41,900 bases of DNA from a virus (IMGVR_UViG_3300024909_000001:1-41900); one strand, 5' to 3'. Positions 16,994-27,075 are shown, numbered from the stretch's first letter. Translations and numbers: made by a program. The notes: generated by a model not told the origin, from the sequence alone.

Positions 16994-19153
16994 TTAGACG
17001 CCCGGGTTCTTGAACAGACCGCGGTAGTCGATCGCCTTGGTGGCGAAGTCCAGGCGCGCCTTGACTTCCAGGCCATCGACATCGAAGCCCATGCGCTGCT
17101 CGGTGTAGAGGCCCTCGTCGCCATCGAGGTAGGCGTACTCGACCGTGTCGATCTGGCTCGGGTCAGCGGCCATGAACCATTCCAGCGGATTGCTGGCATC
17201 CAGGCGAGGCTCGACGATGATCTCGTAGGCGTTGTTGAACACGTTGGTATCGGCCGACTTCGTGGCGATCACCACCGCCTGGAAGTTCTTCTGCGCCTCG
17301 GTCTCGCGCGTGGCGCCGACGATCACGTACTTGGCCACCAGGTTGAGCGGGGAGCCGTTGCCGCTCGGGTCCTTCTGCAGGCGCATGGCCTTGCGCGCTT
17401 CGTTCAGCGTGGTCTCGCCGATGACGCCGGCCGTGCCCAGGTTGCCATGGGTGGCGTGGAACAAGGCGACGCTATCGCTCATGGCCGCGTTCGCCTTGAG
17501 GATGCTGTAGACCGTGTCGCTCTCGAAGTCGGCGGCGGCGCGGCCGTACATGGCGGGGATGCGGCTCAGGAAGTCCAGGTCATCGTTGATGACGGCCTGG
17601 CGGGTCACACCCACCACCTTGCCATAGGTGGCGAGCTGGATGGTCTCGCCGCCATCCACCAGCTTGCCGCGCTTGAACTCGCCGAACTCGTTGACCTTCT
17701 CCAGCGTCAGGTTGCCGGCCACAGCCACACGGGTGGCGGCGCGGAAGTCGCTCAGGGTGCCACGGCGTGCCCAGGCCTTGAAGGTCTGGGGCGCGCTCTG
17801 GTAGGCCTGGCGCAAGGTGCGGTTGACGGTGCTGGCCAGGGCGATGCTGAAGTCGCTGGTGCCGTGCATCGAGCGGAAGCCCATGGCATCGCTGTTGCCC
17901 ATGGCCACGCTGACGATCTCGTTGCGGCCCATGCCGTCGGTGTTCAGGCCTTGCAGTTCCAGGCTGCGGCGGGCCAGCTCGAAGAGCGTCATGCCACGGA
18001 AGCGCCGCGCGGTCTCGGGCAACTGGTTGGTGCCGGGGTTGGCACGGTGCGCGACAGCGGCGCCCATGTCCACGCGGCGCTGCTCCTGCTCGTCCTGCGT
18101 GGTCTGCAGGCCGGCAGCGCCGCGCGTCGGGCCGCTGGCGTTGCTGCCGCTTTCCAGCTTGGCAAACATCTCGGCACGCGCCTGGTCCAGCGTGAGGCCG
18201 CGGGACAGCATGCTCTCGACATCGGCTTCGGTGACCAGCTCGCCATGGGCGGTGCGGCGGAAGCTGGCCACCGCCGAGCGGATGGCCGCAGAGCGCGTGC
18301 GCTCGTCGGCCAGGATCTGCTCGGGAGAGCGCGTCTCGGCGCCGGTGGCCGGCGCGGCGGCCGGTGCCGGCACGGCCGGCGCGGGGTTTGCGCCTGCGAC
18401 GGGGTCAGCCGCTGCGCCTCGGGTGTTGTTCGGCATGGAGATCTCCTTTGGAGGGTTGGAATCAACAGCGGCTGCTGTTGCGGGTTGGGAAACTTCGGAG
18501 GCCGGGGTACCGCTGCGAGTGATGAACTCGCAGGGGAAGGTGCGGCCACCCACTGCCAGGGACGCCTGGGCGAGCAGTTCCTCGGCGTCCGGGCGCTCAC
18601 CCGTTTCGCCGAGTGCGCGCACGCCGGCAAACGGGTCGGCGCCGATCGGCACCAGGGAGTTTTCGCAGGGCTCCCAGTCGATGGCGCGCCAGATCGGCAA
18701 GCCACCTTCCTGGTCGGGGTCGGTCTTCTCGTAGCGGTGCACGATGTAGCCGGTCGAGATGTTGCGGATGATTTTGTTGACCACGTCGCGCCAGTAGGCG
18801 TTGACGACTTCGTCGCGATCACTGAAGCGCGCGACCGCGCGCCCTTCCCCCGACTTGAGCCAGGCGTCCTCGTGGACACCCAGCACGCTGGACAGGTCCC
18901 ACTGCTGATGCGAGTTGAGCAGCGGTGCGCCTGCCTTGAGGCGATCGAGGCGGACATGCGCGGGATCGAGCGACAGTTCCTCAAGGTAGTAGGACCACGT
19001 GGCCCAGTCGAAGCGCTTGACGCGAGCACCAGAGGTCCAGACAAACTCGAAGGTGCGCTCGGTCTCGTTGACCGAGGTGACCGGCACGCTGCGGGTCTGC
19101 AGGGGCATGCTGCGCACTTCGGTGCGGAGGGCGGGAAGTGTTGCTTGGGGCAT
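16994..19153 (-). CDS. Fused prohead protease (HK97-type) / scaffold linker / major capsid protein
   Basis: APLLNSH, RNISTGY and WEPCENSLV protease motifs; Ala/Pro linker; capsid motifs STSDF-like (GTSDF), TYGK, INDDL, DYRG. ATG 19153 with GGAG RBS. Confidence 0.92.
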   Translation of the reverse strand: MPQATLPALRTEVRSMPLQTRSVPVTSVNETERTFEFVWTSGARVKRFDWATWSYYLEELSLDPAHVRLDRLKAGAPLLNSHQQWDLSSVLGVHEDAWLKSGEGRAVARFSDRDEVVNAYWRDVVNKIIRNISTGYIVHRYEKTDPDQEGGLPIWRAIDWEPCENSLVPIGADPFAGVRALGETGERPDAEELLAQASLAVGGRTFPCEFITRSGTPASEVSQPATAAAVDSNPPKEISMPNNTRGAAADPVAGANPAPAVPAPAAAPATGAETRSPEQILADERTRSAAIRSAVASFRRTAHGELVTEADVESMLSRGLTLDQARAEMFAKLESGSNASGPTRGAAGLQTTQDEQEQRRVDMGAAVAHRANPGTNQLPETARRFRGMTLFELARRSLELQGLNTDGMGRNEIVSVAMGNSDAMGFRSMHGTSDFSIALASTVNRTLRQAYQSAPQTFKAWARRGTLSDFRAATRVAVAGNLTLEKVNEFGEFKRGKLVDGGETIQLATYGKVVGVTRQAVINDDLDFLSRIPAMYGRAAADFESDTVYSILKANAAMSDSVALFHATHGNLGTAGVIGETTLNEARKAMRLQKDPSGNGSPLNLVAKYVIVGATRETEAQKNFQAVVIATKSADTNVFNNAYEIIVEPRLDASNPLEWFMAADPSQIDTVEYAYLDGDEGLYTEQRMGFDVDGLEVKARLDFATKAIDYRGLFKNPGV

Positions 19154-19165
19154 GGTGAGCTCCGG

Positions 19166-19193
19166 AAATGAAAATGCCCGCTTCGAGCGGGCC
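19166..19193 (-). terminator. Terminator between the head-accessory cassette and the capsid gene
   Basis: Minus strand GCCCGCT-cga-AGCGGGC-ATTTTCATTT. Confidence 0.6.
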
Positions 19194-19217
19194 AATAGCT
19201 ACGGCGGCAGCGGCTGA

Positions 19218-20411
19218 TCAAGGTGGCACGTGCCACGGCTTTCGCCACCGCAATTCGGTTTTGCTTGGGCACTTGATTCGGCGGATCGTCCCGCCGCTCA
19301 GGAACGCTTGCCCGCTGGGCGCTGCTGGGTTGTGAGTCATCGTCACAGGCTGCAGGTTGCCGATGTCCAGCAGGCCCCAGGTAGCACCCTCATCGGTGCT
19401 GAACAGCACGCCGGAATAGCGACTGGACAAATTCCCGTTGCCGAAAATGACGCCATCGGCAGAGCGCCAGAGATCGAACACGTAGGTGCCGAATCGCTGC
19501 CCGAAGTCCAGGGACATATTGCAGGCCTGGCAGGCCAGCGGCAGCGTGGGGTGGAGCGCATCGATGCCGCTCGGATCGTTGTCCTTGCCCACCAGCACGG
19601 TGCCACCGGGGGTGTCTATAAAGCTGGTGCTGCCGTTGCCGAATTGGCCGTAGTCTGTAGCCACAGCGCCCGCAGCATCGAGCCTCAGTACCTTGCCGGC
19701 CACCCCGGCCCACCTCAAGTTAGCGTCGCCCGCGCTGTAGTCCCCGCAGGCCACATAGGCCCGATCGGCTCGGTCAACGTAGACGGCGTGGATGTGGCGC
19801 GTCCCGTCGCGCAGGCCCGCGCCCGTGGGCTTTGGCGCGCTGTACCACTTGCTAAAGACTTCGCCGGTGGCATCACTGCGCCAGACGTTGACGGCCGGGT
19901 ATTCGTCAGGGATCGAGCCGTAGTCGGCCGGCCAGGTCGGGCCATTGGCGCCGGCCGATTTGAGAACGCTGTACTCGTTGACGTAGATGCGCCCAGCCGA
20001 GTCCTCACCGAGGTGCCAGAATGCCCCCGCCTCACCAGTGCAGACCTTGCGCCAGGTCAGGCCGTCATCGCTGCTCTTCCACAGCTCGGCGAACAGGAAC
20101 TTGCCGCCGACCGCCTGGCCATAGGTTGACCAGAGGCAGTCGGTCGTACCGCCGCCCATGTAGATATGGCCACGGCTGTCGACGAACGCGCCGCGCATCA
20201 CCACGCCTACGGTGGCCACGGTCATCGTGGCACGCAGGGTCCAGCTGGCGCCCGCATCGGTGCTCCTGTAGAGGCGCGGATTCCCATCCTGGGCCGTGGC
20301 CAGGATCAGGGCGCCACTGTTGGTCTCCTGCACGATGCCGCCACGCTGGCTGCCGCTGATGATGGTCGGCACAACCTCGACGTGATCCCGGTAGTCAATG
20401 ACTCTTGGCAT
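19218..20411 (-). CDS. Asp-box/BNR-repeat beta-propeller protein (397 aa, sialidase-like fold)
   Basis: YRSTDAGASW, WKSSDDGLTW, WRSDATGEVF, WRSADG and FSTDEGATW repeats; TGATG overlap with the upstream gene fixes the start at 20411. Confidence 0.8.
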   Translation of the reverse strand: MPRVIDYRDHVEVVPTIISGSQRGGIVQETNSGALILATAQDGNPRLYRSTDAGASWTLRATMTVATVGVVMRGAFVDSRGHIYMGGGTTDCLWSTYGQAVGGKFLFAELWKSSDDGLTWRKVCTGEAGAFWHLGEDSAGRIYVNEYSVLKSAGANGPTWPADYGSIPDEYPAVNVWRSDATGEVFSKWYSAPKPTGAGLRDGTRHIHAVYVDRADRAYVACGDYSAGDANLRWAGVAGKVLRLDAAGAVATDYGQFGNGSTSFIDTPGGTVLVGKDNDPSGIDALHPTLPLACQACNMSLDFGQRFGTYVFDLWRSADGVIFGNGNLSSRYSGVLFSTDEGATWGLLDIGNLQPVTMTHNPAAPSGQAFLSGGTIRRIKCPSKTELRWRKPWHVPP

Positions 20412-21316
20412 CAGGTTCGCCCCGGGCTGTACTCGCCATCGCGCAACGCAATCCAGACGACGCGCTGTCCGGCGCCGGCAACGGCAACGGACGCGCCGAG
20501 GCTGAACCCGGTGCTGCTGAGGCTGACGATGGCGGCGGCGTCGGTCGCGGCCGCCGTGACAGGGATGGATGCGACGCCGTTTGCAGCCATGCCGGCCGTC
20601 AGGATCATGAGCGGCTGCGCGGCGTCGATGTTCTTGACCAGCACCGCGGTGGGCTCGAAGCCTACGTCGATGCTGGCGGCCCCGCCATCGCTGGTGAACA
20701 TGCCGACCTTGACCGCCCCGGGGATCTCGCGCAGCGCCCACCAATCGACATAGTCGCCCGCCGGGCTGGTGGTTGGGCTGTTGCCGATGCTGAACCCATC
20801 GGACAGCAGGGCGGTCACCAAGGTCGCGCCAGTAGCGCCCGCGAAGCCGTTCGCCAAGCCAGCTGGATGCGCGCTGGTGGTGAAACAGCCACCATTGCCA
20901 TCCGTCGCCCGATGCAGCCAGAGCACATCGGGCCGGAATGGGCACCCTTCCATACCCTGCAGATTACGAGCAGCGCTGGCGGCCTGGTAGTACCGCCCTG
21001 CCGCGAAGTGCTTGCTGCCGCGCAGTGCCTTGATGGCCAGATACGCATACAACGCGCCGGCCTGCGATTGGCCGGAGCCGACGTAGATGCCGTCCCGCGT
21101 CAGATCGGTCAGTTGGTTGGGCTTGGCAGCAAAGCCACCGCCGGGCGAGTTGGCGAGGTTGCGCCGCATGCTCCGCCACATGGTGTAAGCAACCGTCGCT
21201 GTGCCATTGATGCGCTTGGTGAGCGCAAGATCGGGGCCGCCACCGACGGGCGCGATCTCGCGAGCCGAGCCATTCCCGGCGTACGTCCCGCTTTCGATTT
21301 TGACGGTGAACGACAT
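20411..21316 (-). CDS. Putative virion structural protein with three internal repeats
   Basis: GTYAGNG..GPDLALTKR / GRYYQ..FRPDVLWLHR / GMFTSDG..GFEPTAVLVKN repeats. Confidence 0.7.
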   Translation of the reverse strand: MSFTVKIESGTYAGNGSAREIAPVGGGPDLALTKRINGTATVAYTMWRSMRRNLANSPGGGFAAKPNQLTDLTRDGIYVGSGQSQAGALYAYLAIKALRGSKHFAAGRYYQAASAARNLQGMEGCPFRPDVLWLHRATDGNGGCFTTSAHPAGLANGFAGATGATLVTALLSDGFSIGNSPTTSPAGDYVDWWALREIPGAVKVGMFTSDGGAASIDVGFEPTAVLVKNIDAAQPLMILTAGMAANGVASIPVTAAATDAAAIVSLSSTGFSLGASVAVAGAGQRVVWIALRDGEYSPGRT

Positions 21317-21318
21317 GA

Positions 21319-21696
21319 CTATTTGCCCGTGACACCAACGACCTGATCGGCGGCCGACGTCACGATCGTGCAGCCGGTGGCGCAGTCGAAGCCGAGTTCA
21401 TGGGAGCCTGCGGGGTACCCAATGGGAAGCACCGCGAGCACCAGCCCAGCGGCCGACGTGTTGTCGTAGACGGTGAGCGTGCCGATCAGTGCGGCCGGCA
21501 ATACAAGGCGCTTGAGGACACCGCGGCCAGCAAACAAGACGGTGGTAGCGGCGGCGGTGCTTCGCTGGGGCGTACCGCTATCGCTGATCCGCTGGGTATC
21601 GGCGGCGATATCCTCGCCGGCCTTGACGTTCAGTTCTTTCACCGGGACGCCTGCGCGCACCAGTTCGGGCGAGGGCCCACCAGGATTGAAAAACAT
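21319..21696 (-). CDS. Putative head decoration / adaptor protein (125 aa)
   Basis: Beta-rich (GTLTVYDNTSAAG); tightly coupled to the portal gene. Confidence 0.65.
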   Translation of the reverse strand: MFFNPGGPSPELVRAGVPVKELNVKAGEDIAADTQRISDSGTPQRSTAAATTVLFAGRGVLKRLVLPAALIGTLTVYDNTSAAGLVLAVLPIGYPAGSHELGFDCATGCTIVTSAADQVVGVTGK

Positions 21697-21698
21697 AG

Positions 21699-23189
21699 TC
21701 AGGCGTCCTTGGTAGTTGCATCCAGCGCCAGCACCTCGGCGGGTGCCAGCTTCAGGTCTGTGACCGTCGCATCGGTGTCGAACACAAGATTCATCAGCGC
21801 CAGCATGTCGCGCTCGGTCTTGATCTCGGCGAACACGGTCTCGGGGTCCATGCCGCGCTCGCGCAGCGCCTCGCTGAGACTCTTCAGGCCAGCACGGATC
21901 TCCTCCTTGTCGGCCATGGTGTCCTTGAGCGGATCGACCATGGCCTTGCGCGGCGTGGTGATGCGGTCGGGCTTGGCGCCGACCTTGACGCCGTTGAGCT
22001 GGGCGGCCTCACGCCACCAGCGGCGGATCGGGCGGATGAACATCGGGATGAACGTGAGCCACTGCTCCGCATCGACGATGTCATAGAACTCGCGCAGTGC
22101 CGCGCGGTGGCTGGTGTAGCTGCTGCGCGATGTGTCGCCCGTGAGCTGGTGGTAGGTGACCTCGGCGCCGGCTGCGATGGCGTGAAGCTGGGTGGCGGTG
22201 TACTCGCCGTAGCCCCCCACCGCGGCCGGGGTGCCGAAGGCAACGCTCTCGCCCTGGGTGAGGTACTTGATCAGGCCGGGGCTGACTTTCTCGATGGTGC
22301 GGTTGGGCGCGGTGGCTGTGGCGCCCTGCTCTTTGGTGAGATCGCCCAGCGACATGCGCGGCTGGTCGGTGGTGACGAAGGCGGTGAAGCAGGCCTCGAT
22401 TTTCTTGCGCACCAGCTCGGCCTCTTCGTAGGCATCCAGATCGCGCAGGCGCATCAGGCTGACGGCCAGCGCGGGCACGCCGCGCACCTGGCTGATGCGG
22501 TCCTTGCGATAGAGGTGGATGACCTCGCTGGCCGGCACGAACTTGCTCTGCAGGCTCTTGCGGATCACGGCTACCTCGCCCGGGTGCTCCGGGAACAACC
22601 AGTAGCCGGTGCGCTGCCCGAGCAGGTTGTACTGGACGCCCATGATGATGACGTCGCCAGTGGCTGAGTCGACGCCAGTCTTGAGGTGGTCGAGATGGTC
22701 CGGCTCCAGCAGCTGGATCTGCATGGGCACGGCCAAGCCGTCTTGCGGCTTGCGCCAGCGGCGACGCAAGAGGACCTCTCCGCTTTCCTTCCAGGTGAGC
22801 GCGGCCAGGCGCTGGATGCCGCCGAAGTCGAGCTGCCCATCGGCGTCGCAATCGTCTGCCGTCCACGAGGCCCACAAGGTGCGCTCGCTCTTCAGCTCGG
22901 GGATGACCGTGATGCCCGTGCTGCCAACGATCTTGGTGGCCAGCGTGTGCACGGCCTTCTTGGCGTACTCGTTGTCGCGCACCATCTGGCGGGCGCGGTT
23001 TCTGACCAGGCCGATGCCTTGGATGATCTCCGCGTTGGCGCTGCCGCCACCGGCCTGCCAGCCAGCGGTGCGCCGGCCCGTGGTGGCTGCTTCATACTTG
23101 CGGATGACGCTGAGCTGCAGACGCGCTTGCTCCCGCCGCACTGCCGCATGGGGCGCCAGGATCTCGATGGCACGGTCGATGAAGTTCAC
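21699..23189 (-). CDS. Portal protein, lambda family
   Basis: RNRARQMVRDNEYA, QLLEPDHL, QVRGVP and VDPLKD motifs. Confidence 0.95.
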   Translation of the reverse strand: MNFIDRAIEILAPHAAVRREQARLQLSVIRKYEAATTGRRTAGWQAGGGSANAEIIQGIGLVRNRARQMVRDNEYAKKAVHTLATKIVGSTGITVIPELKSERTLWASWTADDCDADGQLDFGGIQRLAALTWKESGEVLLRRRWRKPQDGLAVPMQIQLLEPDHLDHLKTGVDSATGDVIIMGVQYNLLGQRTGYWLFPEHPGEVAVIRKSLQSKFVPASEVIHLYRKDRISQVRGVPALAVSLMRLRDLDAYEEAELVRKKIEACFTAFVTTDQPRMSLGDLTKEQGATATAPNRTIEKVSPGLIKYLTQGESVAFGTPAAVGGYGEYTATQLHAIAAGAEVTYHQLTGDTSRSSYTSHRAALREFYDIVDAEQWLTFIPMFIRPIRRWWREAAQLNGVKVGAKPDRITTPRKAMVDPLKDTMADKEEIRAGLKSLSEALRERGMDPETVFAEIKTERDMLALMNLVFDTDATVTDLKLAPAEVLALDATTKDA

Positions 23190-23204
23190 GGGTGCTGCCT
23201 TGGG

Positions 23205-23432
23205 TTAGCTCGGGTCATACGACGCGAAGGTGGTGCCGCCACGCTCGACGCCGCCCACCGTGGGCGGGGCCAACTGGCCGCTGGCGATCAACTCGCTTTC
23301 GATGTGCTTCTTGGCCTGCATCAGCTCGCTCATCGAGCGGTACTGCACGCGCTTGCCGTCGTACTGGACGATCAGCTGGCCCATGGCGATGGCGTCGCTG
23401 ATCGCCTGGTATTGGGTGAGGGTGAAGGCCAT
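23205..23432 (-). CDS. gpW-like head completion protein
   Basis: AIAMG...VQYDGKRVQYRSMSEL; between terL and portal. Confidence 0.85.
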   Translation of the reverse strand: MAFTLTQYQAISDAIAMGQLIVQYDGKRVQYRSMSELMQAKKHIESELIASGQLAPPTVGGVERGGTTFASYDPS

Positions 23433-23437
23433 ATCGG

Positions 23438-25525
23438 TCAGTCGTTGAGCCAGTTGTCGGTGTTGCCCAGCCAATCGTCTGGCGCTGGGGCTGGCGAGGG
23501 AGCAGGAACGGGAACAGGCGCCGGGGCCGGCGTCGGAGCAGGCGCCGTCGCCTCCGAGCCCGGTGCAGCATCGGCGTCGGCGGCAGCAGCAGGCGTTTCA
23601 GCGCGTGCAGACATTTGCACTGTCTCCTCAGCGGGTGCAACGGCGCCGGTGAACAGGTCTCCGTTCACGGGCTCCAGGTACTGTTCGATGGCGTCCCAGT
23701 CGGCCGAGACCATCTTGTCGACACGCACCGCCGGATGGCAGGCCGCCGCATGGCTGTAGACCAAGAGATCGAGCGCTTCGTTGCGCTCGCGGATCTTTTC
23801 CCACAGCCCCGTCTGTTCGTTGAAATACTCGGCCGTGAGTTCCCGGAAGAAGTCATGGCCCAGTTGCTTGCTCAAGCGCACCATGCGCCTAGTCGGGTCC
23901 TTGAGGCACTGCTCGTCGGCCCAGTCCATCAGGCGCTGGAACAGGGCCTCCTTGATGGTGTCGGTGCCAACCATCCAGAGCGCCAGGCCGTGCCGCGCCG
24001 TGTCGCCCTTCGAGTTCTTGCTTTCCTTGCGGCTGGGCTTGCCCAGCGGCACCTGCTTGCGCAGCGAGCTGCCCTTGACGGCGATGACGCTGTCGTACTG
24101 CATCTGCCGGCAGTACTTGTAGACGCGCTGCGTGCTGGCGCCGCCGGTGTCGATCGCGGTCATAGCGATGCGCAGCGGGATGCCGAAGGCGTTCTGAAAG
24201 GTCTGGTGCCGCAGCTTGGTCAGCTCGCTCCAGGCGTCATCACCCTCCGGGTTGTGCCAGATCTTCACCCGGTCAATGACGATGCTGCGTTCGTTGCGCC
24301 CCCATGCCCGCACCAAGAAGTCAAGGTGGTCCTTCTGCGTATCCACCGAAGCCGTGAGCACAAAGTAGCCGCGGGGCACCTTGCGCAGCGGGTAGTTCTC
24401 GGCCTGGTCCTCGATGTCGGCCTCGCTCATGCGATCGGCATGGTCATCGAAGGGCAGGCCCAGGATCAGATTCCAGAACGTGATCAGCTTGCTGCGATCG
24501 CGGCAGGCCTTGATCCATTCGTCGGCGATCTTGGCCCAGGATCTGCCCAGCCCGATCGGCGTGTAGAGCGCGTTCCAGTGATAGCTCAGGTGGTCCGTGA
24601 TCCAAGGCCGCTCATGCACCCAGCGCGCCTGGCCGCCCATGGGGATGTCGGCCAGCATCTCGGGCTTGTGATGCTCCTCGATGGCCTCGCCACAGTCGGG
24701 GCCCTGGCACATGTAGACCGCGGTCTCGGTCAGGTGCCGCTTGATTCCCTTCTCGTCGATGGTCTTCTGCCACCGCAGGTGCTGGAACAGCAGTTCCTGC
24801 AGGTGGCCACAATGCGGGCAAGGAACGTGGTAGCGCCCTCGGCTGCCCGCCTGGTACTGCCGCCAGATCTCAGACCCGCCTACCGCCTCTTCGTCATCGA
24901 TCGGCAGCTTGATGGGCGTGCTGCCGTAGTAGTGCTTGTGCCGCGGGTAAGTCACCGAGCGCTGCTCGGCCTGCTTGACCGGGCTGCCCTGGCCCTTGAT
25001 GTCGACCTGGAACTTGTCGACCTCGTCCAGCCCGACCTTCTTGATGGGCGTGCTGGCCAGTGCCGACGGACTGCCCGCGCCGGCCAGCATCAGGAAGCCG
25101 CCTGGGAACGTGATGTCCAGCAGCGTCACGGTCGCCTTGAGCCTCAAGGACTCGCATTCCGTGATCATCGGCGCGATGCGCTTCTTGTTGTAGCGCTCCG
25201 CAGCGATCACATCCGGCTGCACCAACAGCATCGAGGCCGGCGCCACATCCATGGTGTAGCCGGCCCAGTTGTTCAGGATCTCGCTCTTGCCGTTCTGCGA
25301 GCAGGCCATCGCGGTGACCTGGCTGCATGGGTGATGGTCGCTCAGCGCATCCATCGGCTCACGCAGGAGCGGATTGCGCGAGGTCCGCCACTGCCCGCCT
25401 TCAGACGATTCCTCAGGCAGGACACGGTTTGCATCCGCCCACTGGCTAACCGTCAGGCGAGGCGGCAAACGCCAGCCGATTGCCGCCGCTTCCATCACGG
25501 CGGCATAGCCATCCCGCAGGTTCAC
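23438..25525 (-). CDS. terL: Terminase large subunit, GpA family
   Basis: SQNGKSE Walker A variant, LDEVD Walker B, STP, VPCPHCG, ASVDTQ and RNEALD motifs; GTG start overlaps the terS stop. Confidence 0.95.
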   Translation of the reverse strand: MNLRDGYAAVMEAAAIGWRLPPRLTVSQWADANRVLPEESSEGGQWRTSRNPLLREPMDALSDHHPCSQVTAMACSQNGKSEILNNWAGYTMDVAPASMLLVQPDVIAAERYNKKRIAPMITECESLRLKATVTLLDITFPGGFLMLAGAGSPSALASTPIKKVGLDEVDKFQVDIKGQGSPVKQAEQRSVTYPRHKHYYGSTPIKLPIDDEEAVGGSEIWRQYQAGSRGRYHVPCPHCGHLQELLFQHLRWQKTIDEKGIKRHLTETAVYMCQGPDCGEAIEEHHKPEMLADIPMGGQARWVHERPWITDHLSYHWNALYTPIGLGRSWAKIADEWIKACRDRSKLITFWNLILGLPFDDHADRMSEADIEDQAENYPLRKVPRGYFVLTASVDTQKDHLDFLVRAWGRNERSIVIDRVKIWHNPEGDDAWSELTKLRHQTFQNAFGIPLRIAMTAIDTGGASTQRVYKYCRQMQYDSVIAVKGSSLRKQVPLGKPSRKESKNSKGDTARHGLALWMVGTDTIKEALFQRLMDWADEQCLKDPTRRMVRLSKQLGHDFFRELTAEYFNEQTGLWEKIRERNEALDLLVYSHAAACHPAVRVDKMVSADWDAIEQYLEPVNGDLFTGAVAPAEETVQMSARAETPAAAADADAAPGSEATAPAPTPAPAPVPVPAPSPAPAPDDWLGNTDNWLND

Positions 25526-26154
25526 TGCGCCGCCCCGTCTCTCGCCGCAGCTTCGCACCTGGCGGCCAGCTTCTCCAGCAGCCGTTCGCACTCGGCCTCG
25601 ATCAGGTCGTAGACCTTGCGGGCATCGGTGATCGGCGCGACCAGTGGTGCCAGGCGATCACGAAACATCATGATCTCCGTACGCGCCGAGGTCACCACAT
25701 CGGCAATCGCCCTCAGCGTCGACTCGCCATCGAGCGCCCTGCCCTGGGCCTTGGCCAGCTCGATCTGCGCCAGCTGTGCCTGCGCCTGCTCACGCAGCGT
25801 GCGTGCATCGTGGTAGTGGTTCGGCGCCTTGGGTGCCGCTGCCGCTGCTGCTGCCGCCGCCTCGATCGGCAGTTGCTCAGGTTCAGCAGCTGCTCCCTTT
25901 CCCCCTTGCGGCTCGGGCACGCCGGTCGCGGTTCCAGCGAAGTCTCTCCCCTCACGATGCGCCGCCCATCGCTCACGCACGCCGGCCTTGCTGGGGTCGG
26001 CAGACACATCGAGCAAACGAAGCGAGGCCTCGACGTTGACCTGCTTGCCGTCCTCGCTCAGCACCAGCCGCTTGTCTTTCACCAGCTGGCTGATGTACGG
26101 CCGCGAGCATCCGTAGATCTGCGCGAACTGAGCCTTGCTGACATAGCCGTCCAT
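25522..26154 (-). CDS. terS: Terminase small subunit (Nu1-like)
   Basis: N-terminal winged HTH (SKAQFAQIYGCSRPYISQL), C-terminal coiled coil; upstream of terL. Confidence 0.85.
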   Translation of the reverse strand: MDGYVSKAQFAQIYGCSRPYISQLVKDKRLVLSEDGKQVNVEASLRLLDVSADPSKAGVRERWAAHREGRDFAGTATGVPEPQGGKGAAAEPEQLPIEAAAAAAAAAPKAPNHYHDARTLREQAQAQLAQIELAKAQGRALDGESTLRAIADVVTSARTEIMMFRDRLAPLVAPITDARKVYDLIEAECERLLEKLAARCEAAARDGAAQ

Positions 26155-26172
26155 GCTGATCCGCGCCGGTTG

Positions 26173-26290
26173 GTTAAGTTAACACCCCCTGTTAAGTGCC
26201 TGTTGTTAAGTAACTTCACAGCCTTAAAGGCGGCAAATCCCCGTGGCCCGAATTACCCACGGGGGCCGGGCCCCTGGGAAGGACCCGTGA
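26173..26290 (-). other. cos packaging site (cosQ-like, cosN dyad, cosB-like repeats)
   Basis: Minus strand GGGTCCT (26280-26286) equals lambda cosQ. CCCCGTG-[12 nt]-CACGGGG dyad at 26239-26264. Three GTTAAGT repeats at 26173, 26191 and 26205 before terS. Confidence 0.75.
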
Positions 26291-26325
26291 AAATTCCGAT
26301 GGTCTGAGCAGAGGTCGCCCGCACC

Positions 26326-27075
26326 TCAGCGGCCGGCGCGCCTGGCGTCGGCCATCGCCCTGCGCCATGCGATGCCCCAGTTTGTTTCGAGGCGATCAGC
26401 GATCACGCGCCGCCCGATCTCCTCGATCGGCAGACGCACGCGATAGCTGGTGGACTTGATGAAGATGAACACGGGCGTCACGTTGCGCCCCATGAACTCC
26501 CGCTGATACACACCAGCTGGAGCCTTGCCCGTGCTGCCAGGCTTGATGACGAAGAAGCGCCCGCCCGCCCGGCGCTGCGCGTTGATCTCACTACGGGCGT
26601 CGTGGGACATGTTCCGTGTGTAGCCAGCTGTCATCGTGATCCGCAGCTGCGACAGCACCTGGATGATCTGGCCCCGGTCCACGTTGCCGTATTGATCGAG
26701 TCTTGCCCCGGCGCCAGGCACAACGCTCCAACCGGCAGGCAGATGCCCAGCTGCCCGCAGCGCTGTCTCCAGCGCCTTGGACTTCCGAGGCCCGCCGCCC
26801 ACCTGAGGCCCGAGGTAGTTGCGGGCATCCCACTTGAAGCCGACCGTCGCCACCAGGCGCTTCTTGGTTGCGGGCCTCAACTCGAAGCCCTTGGTGGTGT
26901 ACGGCGTGGGCCGATCGAACACAGCCGGCAGCTCTTGCTCAATGCGCGACTTCACATCCTTGCCGGTCAAGGTCAAGGTCAGCGCCGCCGCAAAGGGCAC
27001 TTGATCAGCGGCCACCACCTTCGCCCAGCGCGTGAGGTTGTCCAGATCTGACTTGACGCTGATCTCTGGAAACAT
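26326..27075 (-). CDS. Phage late protein, gpZ-like tail completion family
   Basis: QVPFAAA..LT...FDRPTPYT motif; first late gene before cos. Confidence 0.65.
   Translation of the reverse strand: MFPEISVKSDLDNLTRWAKVVAADQVPFAAALTLTLTGKDVKSRIEQELPAVFDRPTPYTTKGFELRPATKKRLVATVGFKWDARNYLGPQVGGGPRKSKALETALRAAGHLPAGWSVVPGAGARLDQYGNVDRGQIIQVLSQLRITMTAGYTRNMSHDARSEINAQRRAGGRFFVIKPGSTGKAPAGVYQREFMGRNVTPVFIFIKSTSYRVRLPIEEIGRRVIADRLETNWGIAWRRAMADARRAGR

Noticed and set aside
20412-20945. N-terminal extension of the 575-aa ORF 19218-20945
   Set aside because: Overlaps the 20411-21316 gene out of frame with low-complexity Arg-rich sequence; the TGATG coupling supports a start at 20411.
26312-26323. TGCGGGCGACCT (minus strand), 9/12 match to the lambda cohesive end
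   Set aside because: Lies on the wrong side of the cosQ-like element and lacks a flanking dyad; 26239-26264 fits better.
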